Translations under genes and position numbers: made by a program
Notes under the pieces: generated by a model
The model's database searches: none
What the model saw: only the letters and a program-made list of their open reading frames with translations
Told to the model about the DNA's origin: nothing
Assembly (NCBI RefSeq): GCF_009914755.1
Contig: NC_060930.1
Direction: 5' to 3' (one strand)
Source of the DNA: the human T2T-CHM13v2.0 reference genome, Homo sapiens
Length of the DNA: 64,000 bases
In this document: one piece after another, positions 1-20,721 of the stretch
How the letters are laid out: each line of letters begins with the position of its first letter
How positions within the stretch are numbered: the stretch's first letter is position 1

Positions 1-72
1 GGAGGAGGAGGAGAAGTAGAGAAGTAAAAGAAGGGAGGAAGGTCTGGAGGGAGGGGAGGAGGAGAGGGAGGA
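1..72 (+). repeat. GA-rich low-complexity tract
   Basis: Almost purine-only (GGA)n/GGGA sequence at the window start. Confidence 0.8.
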
Positions 73-421
73 CAGCTGCCGTAGCCAGCCAAGTGTGCAT
101 CAGAATCACCTGGAGGGCTTATTAACCCATGGATCGCTGGGCTTACACGATTCATTTTGTTGAGTTTGGTGCAAAAGTAATTGTGGTGTTTGCAGTGTTG
201 AAATTTGCCATTTGCTATTAGAATGCATTCTTAAATAAGTGTGGTTATGTTATACACCGCTTTAATGCGCATTTCTCGCTTTTTGTTTGACTAATGATTT
301 ATTACTTGCTGTTTATTTTATATTTATTTTAGACCATGGAAATGATGTTAGACAAAAAGCAAATTTGAGCGATTTTCTTATTCAAGTTAAAAATGGGTCG
401 TAAAGCAGAGGAGACAACTCA

Positions 422-969
<548 letters not shown>

Positions 970-1729
970 AAGAAGTTTTGCAAAGGAGATGAGAGCCTTG
1001 AAGATGAGGAGCATAGTGGCCGGCCATTGGAAGTTGACAACGACCAATTGAGAGCAATCATCGAAGGTGATCCTCTTACAACTACAGGAGAAGTTGCTGA
1101 AGAACTCAACGTCAACCATTCTACAGTTGTTCAGCATTTAAAGTGCATTGGAAAGGTGAAAAAGCTTGATAACTGGGTGCCTCATGAGTTCAGCAAAAAT
1201 CAAAAAAATCATTGTTTTGAAGTGTCATCTTCTCTTATTCTATGCAACAACAACAAACCATTTCTCAATCAGATTGTGACGTGCAATGAAAAGTGGATTT
1301 TATACAACAACTGGCGACGACCAGCTCAATGGCTGGACCAAGCGAAGAAGCTCCATAGCACTTCCCAAAGCCAAGCTTGCACCCAATAAAGGTCCTGGTC
1401 ACTGTCTGGTGGTCTGCTGCTGGTCTAATCCACTCCAGCTTTCTGAATCCAGGCAAAACCATTACATCTGAGAAGTACGCTCAGCAAATCAATGAGATGC
1501 ACTGAAAACCAAGGGCTGCAGCCGGCACTGGTCAAAAGAAAAAAAGGCCCAATTCTCCATGACAACATCCAACTACACGCACAACCAACGCTTCAAAAAT
1601 TGAATGAATTGGGCTACAAAGTTTTGTGTCATCCGCCGTATTCACCTGACCTCTCCCCAACCGACTACCACTTCTTCAAGCATCTCAACAACTTTTTGCA
1701 GGGAAAATGCTTCCACAACCAGCAGGATG

Positions 1730-2086
1730 TGTTAACGGTGGACAGTATCCAGGTTCTTGGTGTCTTGAACAAAGAATTGGACAAAACACACAAACAAAGC
1801 AAGGAAGGAATGAAGGGTTTTATTGAAAATGAAAGTACACTCCACAGTGTGGGAGTGGGCCTCGGCAGAGGGGCACAAAGACCGTGTTACAGAATTTTTG
1901 GGAGTTTAAATACCCGCTAGAGGATTCCATTGGCTATTTCGGGTATGCCCCATGTAAATGGAGAGGATGAAGTAAAGTTACAAAGTTATTTACGGCATAC
2001 ACCCTATGGAGAGGATATTTCCTGTTATAGCTGAAGTGTGAATTGGCCTTATGTTCCCTGCCTCCAGAGTCTATTGTCCTGCCTCA
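1730..2086 (-). mobile_element. Solo ERV1-class LTR (MER61-like), 357 bp
   Basis: TG...CA termini and a 4-bp TSD GATG (1726-1729 / 2087-2090). The minus strand shows CCAAT, a TATTTAAA box and AATAAA in LTR order. The subfamily name is from recall. Confidence 0.85.
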
Positions 2087-2223
2087 GATGCAAAAAATGC
2101 TTTCCAAGAGTTTGTCAAATCCCAAAGCACAACTTTTTACAATACAGGAATAAACTTATTTCTTGTTGGCAAAAATGTGTTGATTGTAATGGTTCCCATT
2201 TTGATTAATAAAGATGTGTTTGA

Positions 2224-2658
<435 letters not shown>

Positions 2659-2671
2659 TTACATGTTATAC

Positions 2672-3003
2672 CACCAGTCCCCAACTTTTTTGGCACCAGG
2701 GACCAGTTTCCTGGAAGACAATTTTTCCACAGGGTTGGGGATTATTTTGGGATGAAACTGTTCAACCTCAGATCATCAGGCATTAGTTAGATTCTCATAA
2801 GGAGCACATAACCTAGATCCCTCGCATGTGTAGTTCACAATAGGGTTCGCACTCCTATGGGAATCTAATGCCTCCGCTGATCTGACAGGAGCTGGAGCTC
2901 AGGCAGTAATGCTCGCTCACCCACTGCTCACCTGCTGTGCAGCTCTGTTCCTAACAGGCCACAGAGCAGTACGTGTATGTGGCCCAGGGGTTGGAGACTC
3001 CTG
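2672..3003 (-). mobile_element. MER1B-like hAT-Charlie non-autonomous DNA transposon
   Basis: Termini caccagtcccc...ggagactcctg and an 8-bp TSD tgttatac (2664-2671) / tgttatat (3004-3011). Confidence 0.88.
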
Positions 3004-3416
3004 TGTTATATAGACGTGTTGATGTGTTTTCTCATTGCCAACCCACTTCACCCCTCACAGAATGCAGCAAGGGCAGCGTGGTGAGCAGTGGCTGCTGCCA
3101 GCAACATGATCCAGGGCAAATATCTCAAAAGTCTTTCCATTGATTCCAGTTACCTGGCCAGGGACCCTGGTGGAGAGTGTGCCAGCCAAGAGCATGCCTG
3201 TGCACAGAGGGACAGCTTTCTCCTCAGAGCCTCACAGCCCCCTGGCAGGACACTCACTTTGCTACCAAAACTTGTCAAAGGCTATTCTGCTAAATAGCAT
3301 CATCATTTCCTGTGAAGAAAGAAGAAAATCTGGTCGGGCACGGTGGCTCACACCTGTAAACCCAACGCTTTGGGAGGCCAAGGTGGGTGGATCATGAGGT
3401 CAGGAGTTCAAGATCA

Positions 3417-3609
<193 letters not shown>

Positions 3610-3619
3610 TCAAAACAGA

Positions 3620-3628
3620 CAGAAAGAA

Positions 3629-3659
<31 letters not shown>

Positions 3660-3867
3660 AAGAAAGAAAGAAAGAGAAAGAAAGAAAGAAAAAAACAAAG
3701 AAAGAAAGAAAGGAAAGGAGGAGAAAGAAAGAAAGAGAAAGAAAGAGAAAGAAAGAAAGAAAGAAAGAAAGAGAAAGAAAGAAAGAAAGGAAAGAAAGAA
3801 AGGGAGGAGAAGGAAAGAAAGAAAGAAGGAAAAGAAGAAGGAAAGAAAGAAGAAAGAAAGAAAAGAA

Positions 3868-3934
<67 letters not shown>

Positions 3935-3970
3935 GAGGGAGGGAGGGAGGGAGGGAGGGAGGAGGGGAAA
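3620..3970 (+). repeat. Long (GAAA)n/(GA)n/(GGGA)n purine microsatellite grown from an Alu tail
   Basis: About 350 bp of almost pure purine between the Alus starting at 3332 and 3983. Confidence 0.95.
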
Positions 3971-4819
3971 ATAAGAAAATCTTGCTGGGTGCGGTGGCTC
4001 ACACCTGTAATCCCAGCACTTTGGGAGGCCAAGGCAGGAGGATCATTTGAGCTTAGGAGTTTGGACCCGGCTGGCCAGCATGGTGAAACCCCATCTCTAC
4101 TAAAAATACAAAAATTAGTTGGGTGTAGTGGTGCACACCTATGGTCTCAGCTACTCAGAAGGCTGAGGTGGGAGGATCCCTTGAGCCCACAAGGTCAAGG
4201 CTGCAGTGAGGTGAGATTGTGCCACTGCACTATAGCCTAGGCAATAGAGCAAGATCCCTGTCTCAAAAAATAAAATTAAAATTAAAAAATGAAGAAGAAA
4301 ATCTACAAATGGGCTTTTGACATAAACCTTGTAAGAGCTGTTTTTTGTTTCTGTTTTTGTTTTGAGACACAGTCTCGCTCTGTTGTCCAGGCTGGAGGGC
4401 AGTGGTGTGATCTTGTCTCACTGCAACCTCCACCTCCCTGGTTCAAGTGATTCTCCTGCCTTAGCCTCCCTGAGTAGCCAGGACTACAGACGTGTGCCAC
4501 CATGCCCAGCTAATTTTTGTATTTTTAGTAGAGACAGGATTTTGCCATGTTGGCCAGGTTGGTCTTGAAACCCTGACCTCAGGTGATCCGCCAGCCTCGG
4601 CCTCCCAAAGTGCTGAGATTACAGGCGTGAGCCACTGTGCCTGGCCTCTGTAAGAACTTTTGAGAAAGTTCTACCTTGGTCATTTACAAGAGAAGAGTTT
4701 ATGTTTTCATAGAGCAGTCACAGGTAATGATAACTAAATTGTCAAGTTCATTGAAGGATATTAGAGAGATGTCCTGCCTGTGCACAAAGATCAAGAAGCG
4801 CATCCTTCTTTTTTTTCAG

Positions 4820-5050
4820 CTAACATATTTATTACTTGCCATGTATCATGCACTATTTTAGTACTCTACATATATTAACTCACTTAATCCTCAACACAAT
4901 CCTTTAAGATAGATACATTATTATTTGCATTTTACAGATAAGGAAACTGAGGCATAGAGGTTAAATGACATGGCCAAGGTCACAATGTTAGTAAGTGTTG
5001 GAACGAAGATTTGAACCCAAGCCATCTGCCTTCAGAATCCATTCTAATAA
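4820..5050 (-). mobile_element. MIR SINE
   Basis: MIR core in reverse orientation: cattttacagataaggaaactgaggc...ccaaggtcaca. Confidence 0.8.
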
Positions 5051-6408
5051 CTATTCTATAGCATTTTGGTGGGGTTGTTGTTGTTTATCCCTTTACTCAT
5101 TTGTCTTGGGAAAGATTACTGACCAGAATGGAATACTTGTGTGGCTGGGCCAGCATATACATTTCCCTTTTTTTTTTTTTTTTTTTTTTTGAGATGGAGT
5201 CTGGTTCTGTCGCCCAGGCTGGAGTGCCAGGCTGGAGTGCAGTGGCGCAATCTTGGCTCACTGCAAGCTCTGCCTCCTGGGTTCACGCCATTCTCCTGCC
5301 TCAGCCTCCTGAGTAGATGGGACTACAGGCGCCCGCCACCACGCCTGGCTAATTTTTTGTATTTTTAGTAGAGATGGGGTTTCACCATGTTAGCCAGGAT
5401 GGTCTTGATCTCCTGACCTCGTGATCCACTCACCTTGGCCTCCCAAAGTGCTGCGATTACAGGCGTGAGCCACCGTGCCCGGCCCAGCATATATATTTCC
5501 TGAGAGAAAAGTCTAGTTGAAAAACAGCCTCGGACAGTCACGGTGGTCCACGCCTGTAATCCTAGCACTATAGGAGGCCAAGGCAGATGGATCGCTTGAA
5601 GTCAGGAGTTCGAGACCAGCCTGGGCAACATGGTGAAACCCTGTTTTGAAGGAAAAAAAAAGAAAGAAAAGAAAGAAAGAGAGAAAAAGAGAGAGAGAGA
5701 AAGAAAGAGAGAAAAAGAGAGAGAGAAAGAAAGAAAGAAAGAGGTATCAGTTGATATCAAGATATCTGATATCATAGATATCAGTTGCTGGGTTAAAATA
5801 GAAATGAAGTGAACAAACTGGAAGATTTCAATGGACCCTGACAGACAAGCTTACACCCCAACTCCTCTCCCTAATTGGATAGGAAGATTTGTGATGGTCA
5901 GCCAGCCAGTGGTGAAGACATGGCCAGACTTTTGACTTGGCTCTTACTTGAATTTCTTTCTACAAATAAGCATTTATCCTGTTCCTCGCTACATGCAAAG
6001 CACTATCCTAAGTACTAGATTATAGGAGCAGGAAAATAAGAACAAAACATGGTTACTGCCCTCTGGGAGCCTACAGTCTGGGAGGGGATAGAGAAGTAAC
6101 AGCCAGCTAGAATACTGCAGTTTATCTTATGTTATTGATAATTTTAGTCTGTTGGATGCAATTTGAAAGATGCCTTCTTGACAATATTCTTGATGGAGAC
6201 ATGGGAAATAGCTATTCATTTTTGTTTAGAGACAGGGTTTTGCACTGTTACCCAGGCTGGAGTGCAGTGGCACAATCATAACTCATTACAGCCTCAAACT
6301 TTGGCCTCAAGCAATCCTCCTGCCTTGGCCTCCTGAGTAGCTGGGACTACAGGTGTGCATCACCACACCCAGCTAATTTTTTAAAAATTTATTTTTCATT
6401 TTTTGTAG

Positions 6409-6720
<312 letters not shown>

Positions 6721-6933
6721 ACAGAGTGTCATTAATCACAATAATTCTGTGAGGTAAGCACTATTATAACCATTTTACAGATCCAGAAACTGAGACATAG
6801 CCAGATTACACAATTTGTCCAAAGTCACACATCTATCTACTGACACACATCTAAAAACCAAACTCAGCCTGCTTCGTTTCCACTGATGGCGGTTTTGTGC
6901 CTTTTATGTTGATTACTACCATCCTATCACTGA

Positions 6934-7296
<363 letters not shown>

Positions 7297-7785
7297 TAAA
7301 GTTAAAAAGACCTTCCGGGCCGGGCACGGTGGCTCACACCTGTAATCCCAGCACTTTGGGAGGCCAAGGCGGGTGGATCACCTGAGGTCGGGAGTTTGAG
7401 ACAAGCCTGACCAACATGGAGAAACCCCATCTCCACTAAAAATACAAAATTAGCCAGGCGTGGTGGCACATGCCTGTAATCCCAGCTATTCTGGAGACTG
7501 AGGCAGGAGAATAGCTTGAACCCAGAGGCGCAGGCTGCGGTGAGCCGAGATCGCAACACTGCACTCCAGCCTGGGCAACAAGAGCAAAACTCTGTCTCAA
7601 AAAAAACAAAAAACCTTCTGGTGGCCGGGCTCATGCCTGTAATCCCAGCACTTTGGGAGGCCGAAGCAGGCAGATCACGAGGTCAGGAGATTGAGACCAT
7701 GCTGGCTAACATGGTGAAACCCCGTCTCTACTAAAAATACAAAAAATTATCTGAGCTTGGTAGCGCATACCTGTAGTCCCAGCTA

Positions 7786-7893
<108 letters not shown>

Positions 7894-9385
7894 TCAAAAA
7901 AAAAAAAAAAAAAAAGACCTTCCAGTATTGTATAAATGAAAAATGGAGGACAGGGGTAGCATTTATTCATTATGGCAAAAATCAGGTCTGTAAATTTCTA
8001 AGAATGTGAGTTTCATTGCAATGCACACACAAAACGAATGCACAGCAAGACCAAATGCTAGAAGCACACGAGACCAGAGAACGGGACCAGTATGCAATGC
8101 AGCAGCAAAACTGCCCTGGGGGCAGGTTGGCACTGACGGTATTATTAGTTTGCATTCTAGAACAACTGGCCTCATTCTCATTTGAGATTATTGAGACAGC
8201 AACAGTCTTGGTTCTTCATATGACAAGGCTGGATGAAAATGAATAGTGAATTTAACTTGGTCCTTTGTGATATCAATGTTTTTGTTGTTGTTGTTGTTGA
8301 GATGGAGTCTCGCTCTGTAGCCCAGGCTGGAGTGCAGTGGTGCGATCTCGGCTCACTGCAACCTCCGCCTCCCTGGTTGAAGTGATTATCCTGCCTCAGT
8401 AGATGGAATTACAAGCGCCCGCCACCATGCCCAGCTAATTTTTTGTATTTTTAGTACAGACGGGGTTTCACCATATTGGCCAGGCTGGTCTTGAACTCCC
8501 AACTACAGGTGATCTGCCTGCCTCGCCCTCCCAAAGTGCTGGGATTACAGGCATGAACCACCACACTCAACAATATTTTTTCTGTACTCCTTCCCACTCC
8601 CCGTATCAGTCCTTTTCTCCCCAGGTGCTCAATACAAAACAAAACCCATCTAATAGTGTGCCAAGAATTTGTAATATCACCAGTCTTTCCCTTTAGACTC
8701 AAAGCAAAGCAAACAAAGGCTTATCTCCGGCCGGGTGCGGTGGCTCATGCCTGTAATCCTAGCACTTTGGGAGGCCAAGGCAGGTGGATCACCTGAAGTC
8801 AGGAGTTCGAGACTAGCCTGGCCAACATGGCAAAACCCCATCTCTGCTAAAAATAGAAAAATTAGCCGGGCATGATGGCGCACACCTGTAATCCCAGCTA
8901 CTCAGGAGGGTAAGGAAGGAGAATGGCTTGAACCTGGGAGGTGGAGGTTACTGTGAACTGAGATCATGCCACTGCACTCCAGCCTGTGCAACAGGAGCAA
9001 GACTCCATCTCAAAAAAAAAAAAAAAAAAAAGGCTTATTTCCTGATAAGACTTAACCTGCTTATCAAAAGTTCAACATTCTGACTGCCCTCAGAGGCTTA
9101 AAAAAAAAAAAAAAGGAAGGAAGAAAGAAAGAAAGAAAAGAAAAGAGTGGAAAAAAAGTTAGTAGCCTTGAATTTTAAGTTATCAACATAAGACAAAACT
9201 ACTTTAATTTTCTCCATTTTTTTCTTTCTCTTATCAGAAAAGGGAGTTTTCATGACCATGACCTAGGATTTGCTTCTAATTATACAAGGTTGAGCCACAG
9301 GTTATAAATGGTTGGCCAGGCACGGTGTCTCACGCCTGTAATCCCAGCATTTTGGGAGGCTGGGGCGGCAGATTGCTTGAGTTCA

Positions 9386-9637
<252 letters not shown>

Positions 9638-9923
9638 TCATGCCTGTAATCCCAGCACCTTGGAAGGCAGAGGTGGGCAGATGACTTGAGCCCAGGAGTT
9701 CGACTAGCCTGGGCAAAATGACTTTTTAAATTACAAAAAGTAATTTTTTACTTCTCTACAAAAAGACTTTTTAAATTAACCAGGCGTGGTGGCTCACACC
9801 TGTAGTTCCATCTACTTGGGAGGCTGAGGTGGGAGGATCACTTGAGCCCAGGAAGTCAATGCTGCAGAGAGCCGTGTTCTTGCCACTGCACTCCAGCCTG
9901 GGTGACAGAGCCAGACCCTGTCA

Positions 9924-10308
<385 letters not shown>

Positions 10309-11397
10309 TATAAATACACATGATATATAAATGAATGCAATCCTCCCTCATTCTTCTGGATCTTCATAACACTAACGGACAAAAAAAAATCTCTCAAGTT
10401 GCCTAGTTACCTGCACTATATACACCCAAATATGGATCTTAGAAATTGTGGAATAGCAGAAAGTGAATGGTGGCAAGGGGAATACTCATGGAAAATTAGA
10501 ACAAATTATAGATTCCAGCCTTGACTATAATTACACAAACCATGAAAAGCTGCCCTTGAGAACATTCCAAATCACATGGCTCAAAGAGCCAAAAATACTT
10601 CTGGCCAAAGAGCTCTTCCTTTTCATTTTACTAGTAAGCTATAATTTTTAGTTCATCCTTCAGGCAAGGGTAGACAACAAGATAAAAGTACATTTATGAA
10701 GAAAACTGCCATTTTCCTTGATATACTCCTTGCTACTTAAGTAAATATCTTGGAGCTGGGACTGTTTATCTTCATTGTTCATGTTTTGGGTCACTTGCTT
10801 CACTACTTATCATTGGCATTGTTTTATCCTTATTGATTCTAAGATCCTTATAACAGGGAACATTATTAGGTTTGTACAACTTTGAGGAAATGAGTCACAA
10901 CTAAAATATGCAATAGGTTTACTTTACCTAATGGGTAGAAGGAAGGAAGTGAGCAGCATCTCCTGCAGGTTCTTCACTTCCTAAAGTGATTATTATAGTC
11001 ACCTATAATTAGTAAGTGCCAACAAATTTAGTTTACTTGCCATAAACCAATATACACCAGCAATCTCAACTGTGGTCTAAGCAATAGTATTGGAAACACT
11101 TGTGGGGTACAGTTTAAGCGGTCCTTAGAGGGAAATATTTAGTCTTCAGTGTTTGTATTGAAAAATTAAAAATAAGTCCGGGTGTTGTGGCTCATGCCTA
11201 TAATACCAGCTACTAGGAAGGCTGAGGCAGGAGGATCACTTGAGGCCAGAAGTTTGAGATGAGCCTGGGTGATATGGCAAAACCCCATCTTTAGAAAAAC
11301 AACAGCTGGGCGCGGTGGCTCATGCCTGTGATCCCAGCACTTTGGGAGGCCGAGGCGGGCAGATCACGAGGTCAGGAAATTGAGACCATCCTGGCTA

Positions 11398-11810
<413 letters not shown>

Positions 11811-12007
11811 TAACTTTTTATGGAGATGGGGTCTTGCTAGGTTGCCCGGGCTGATCTCAAACTCCTGGGCTCAAGTGATCCTCCCACCTTGGTCTCCCAA
11901 AGGGTTGAGATTACAGGCATGAGTCACCATGCCCAGCCAACCTGTGTATGTTATATACTAGATTTGATAAAGAAATAGATCATAATGAATAGACTAAGGG
12001 GGTATGA

Positions 12008-12785
<778 letters not shown>

Positions 12786-12813
12786 TAATTTAATATAGCA
12801 TACATTCCCGTGA

Positions 12814-13026
<213 letters not shown>

Positions 13027-13227
13027 TAGTAGAGATGGGGTTTCACTGTGTTAGCCAGGATGGTCTCAATCTCCTGACCTCGTGATACGCCCGTCTCGGC
13101 CTCCCAAAGTGCTGGGATTACAGGTGTGAGCTACTGCATTCGGCCTTTTTTTTTTTTTTTTAGACGGATTTTCCCTCTTGTTGCCCAGGCTGGAGTGCCT
13201 GTTCCTGAGGTCAGGAACTGGAGACTA

Positions 13228-13527
<300 letters not shown>

Positions 13528-13829
13528 TCACCTGAGGCTTGAAGTTCGAGATCAGCCTGGCTAACATGGTGAAACCCCATCTCTACGAAGAATACAACAA
13601 TTAGAGGGCTGAGGTGGGAGGATTGCTTAAGCCTGGGAGTTCGAGGCTACAGTAAGCCAAGATGGCACCACTGTATTCCAGCCTAGGTGACAAAGTGAGG
13701 CCCTGTCTCAAAAAAATAATTAAATAAATAATTACACCGATGGAAAATCAGGTTGTTTTCATTTTTTAGTATCATACAAATAAAGCTGCAGTGCATATCT
13801 CTGTACATGTAGATTTATTCCATTCTCAA

Positions 13830-15950
<2,121 letters not shown>

Positions 15951-16016
15951 GTTGCAGGGTGACATCTTGTTTGGTGTATGAGTCAGAGTTCTCCACAGAC
16001 AGACCTAATGAGAGAG

Positions 16017-16070
16017 GGATGGATGGATGGATGGATGGATGGATGGATGGATGGACGAATGGATGGATAG
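16017..16070 (+). repeat. (GGAT)n tetranucleotide microsatellite
   Basis: Direct reading. Confidence 0.95.
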
Positions 16071-16734
16071 TTGGTTGGGAGGGAAAGGGGAATTGGCTCA
16101 CGTGTAAATTGCGTTGGTCTTGAAAAGATGTTTCCTTAAACTGCGAGTCTGACGTATTTGCACATTTTTCTGGAAACAACGCCTATATCTCTTGGAGATG
16201 TTCAAAGAGGGCGGGCTCGGTGGCTTACACCTGTAATCCCAGCACTTTAAGAGGCTGAGGCTGGAAGATCGCTTCTCTTGAGTCCCAGCCTGGGCAATAT
16301 GGCGAAACCCCATCTCTACAAACAAAACAAAACAAAACAAAAATTAGCAGGCCGTGGTGGCACACACCTGGAGTCCCAGGTACTGGGGAGGCTGAGGTGG
16401 GGAGAACAGCTTGAGCCTGGGTAGCAGAGGTTGCAGTGAGCCGAGATCGCACCATTGCACTCCGGGCAACAGAGTGAGACCCTGTCAAAAAAAAAAATGT
16501 TCAAAGGGGTTAGTGGTCCCAGAGAAAGGATCACTTCATTAATAATTAAGATGATTAGCCGGTCATGGTGGCTCACGCCTGTAGTCCCAGCTACTTAGGA
16601 GACTGAGGAACGACAATCGCTTGAACCCGGGAGGCGGAGGTCGCAGTGAGCTGAGATTACGCCGCTGCACTCCAGCCTGGGCAAGAGTGAGACTCGGTTT
16701 CAAAAAAAAAAAAAAAAGAAAAAAGAATTAAGAT

Positions 16735-17660
<926 letters not shown>

Positions 17661-17712
17661 ACACTGCTTTTCTTACAGTCTTCGGTTAGTTCAGATTGTA
17701 TACCTCTCCTGA

Positions 17713-18279
<567 letters not shown>

Positions 18280-18326
18280 TAGCCAGGATGGTCTCGATTT
18301 CCTGACTTCCTGATCCGCACGCCTAA

Positions 18327-18767
<441 letters not shown>

Positions 18768-18794
18768 TAGGCGTGAGCCACCTGCCTGACCTCA

Positions 18795-19010
18795 TCTTGC
18801 CCTCTCAATCCCCCTTACCCTGCTCCACTTTCTTCCCCCAGTGCATTAACCACCAGCTATCATATAATTTACAGGGTGTTTTTTTTTTTTGTCTACCTGT
18901 TTCCCCTACTAGACTATAAACTCTACAAGAATAGGAATCTTCGTATTTTTTTCCTCTGCTGAATTCCTAGTGCCCAGATTAGTGCTTGGCACATGGTAAG
19001 TGCTTAATTA
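18795..19010 (+). mobile_element. L2 LINE 3' end containing a candidate cassette exon
   Basis: L2 terminal motif agtgcttggcacatggtaagtgcttaat. Confidence 0.75.
18913..18995 (+). other. MTRES1: Candidate L2-derived cassette exon of MTRES1 (83 nt) ending in ATG
   Basis: Acceptor ctgtttcccctactag|ACT and strong donor ATG|GTAAGT. The ATG is in frame with exon 2 (MIISA-MAMASV..., 245 aa). Confidence 0.6.
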
Positions 19011-19237
19011 AGGGGAGGATGCCAGTGTTGCTGAAGCTGAATTTGCAAGAGTCAAATTGGCAGATGAGGTTGGAGAGGAAATGGGGGTTGAGGGAGCACC
19101 AGATCCTATAGAGCCTTTAGACCATCGTAGAGACTTTGCTTTTCTCTGAGTGCTTTGGTAGGGATTTGAGGAAAGGAGTGACATCGTATGAATGACTTTA
19201 TTATGTGCCCACGTGGAGGTGTCAAATAGGCAGCTAT

Positions 19238-19757
19238 TGTGTTGCAGGTCCCCAGGTTCATTGATTCACTAAGAGGACTCAAAAGACTCAGCACGTAGTC
19301 ATACTCACAGCTGTGATTTATTATAGCAAAAGGATACAAAGCAAAATAAGCAAAGGGAAAAGATGCATGGGACACAGTCTGGAGGAAACCCGGTGCAGTC
19401 TTCTAAGAGTCCTCTCCTAGTGGAGTCACATGGGGTATGCTTAATTCTTGCAGCATCAAATTATGACAAGACGTGAGAGATCTATCAGGAAAGCTTGTAG
19501 AGCTCATTTTTCCAATAAAAAGTCACATAGGCACTGTCTGCCTAGAATGTGCCAAAATTTCCGCCGCCCAGAAAAAAAGCAGGTGTTTAGAATCACATTG
19601 TACAGTTTCCAGCACAGTGAGCCACTCTTATCCAGGTGGGAATTGTGGGAACCCTCGTGAAGTTCAAGTTCTGAGACACTAGCCAAGGGCCAACTTTGCA
19701 AGCAGGCATTCTAAGGATAGCAATCTCAGGCCTGTTATGTTAACTCGTTTCTGCACA
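19238..19757 (-). mobile_element. MER68-like ERVL solo LTR inserted in an L2
   Basis: TG...CA ends. The minus strand begins tgtgcagaaacgagttaacataacaggcctgag, and L2-like sequence resumes on both sides. Confidence 0.78.
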
Positions 19758-20457
19758 GATGTACGAGTCTGGAATTTGGGAGAAAGTTCTGGAATGGGGA
19801 TATAGATTAGGGTGTGGTTGGCATATAGGTGGTATTTAAAGCCACAGAAATGATTGATGTCTTGATAATGCATTTGTAAGAACTAATTGGGTACATTTAA
19901 GAGCTGAGCTGGATAAAGTGAATGTAGACGAGAAGAGGACCAAAGATAGAGCCCTGGGCTGCTCCAACTTTAAGATATCAGGGAGGGCCGGGCACAGTGG
20001 CTCAGGCCTGTAATCCTAGCACTTTGGGAGGCTGAGGTGGGCGGGTCACTTGAGGTCAGGATTTCCAGACCAGCCTGGCCAAGGTGGTGAAACCCTGTGT
20101 ATACTAAAAATATAAAAAGTGGCCGGGTGTGGTGGTGGGCGCCTGTAATCCCAGCTACTCTGGAGGCTGAGGTGGGAGACTATGGCTTGAACTGGGGAGG
20201 CAGAGGTTGCAGTGAGCCAAGATCGCACCACCCACTGCATTCCAGCCTGGGCAACAGAGGAAGACCCTGTCTCAAAAAAAAAAAAAAAGAAAAAAAAAGA
20301 AAAAAGGAGAAGAGAAGGAGGCAGCAAAGGAGTCTTTTTTTTTTTTTTGAGATAGAGTTTCGCTCCTGTTGCCCAGGCTGGAGTGCAATGGCTTCGGCTC
20401 ACTGCAGCCTCCGCCTCCCAGGTTCAAGTGATTCTCCTGCCTCAACCTCCTGAGTAG

Positions 20458-20721
<264 letters not shown>

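Noticed and set aside
5214-5239. 13-bp tandem duplication within an Alu (also 7 bp near 25640 and 4 bp near 43035)
   Set aside because: Ordinary slippage events with no evident function.
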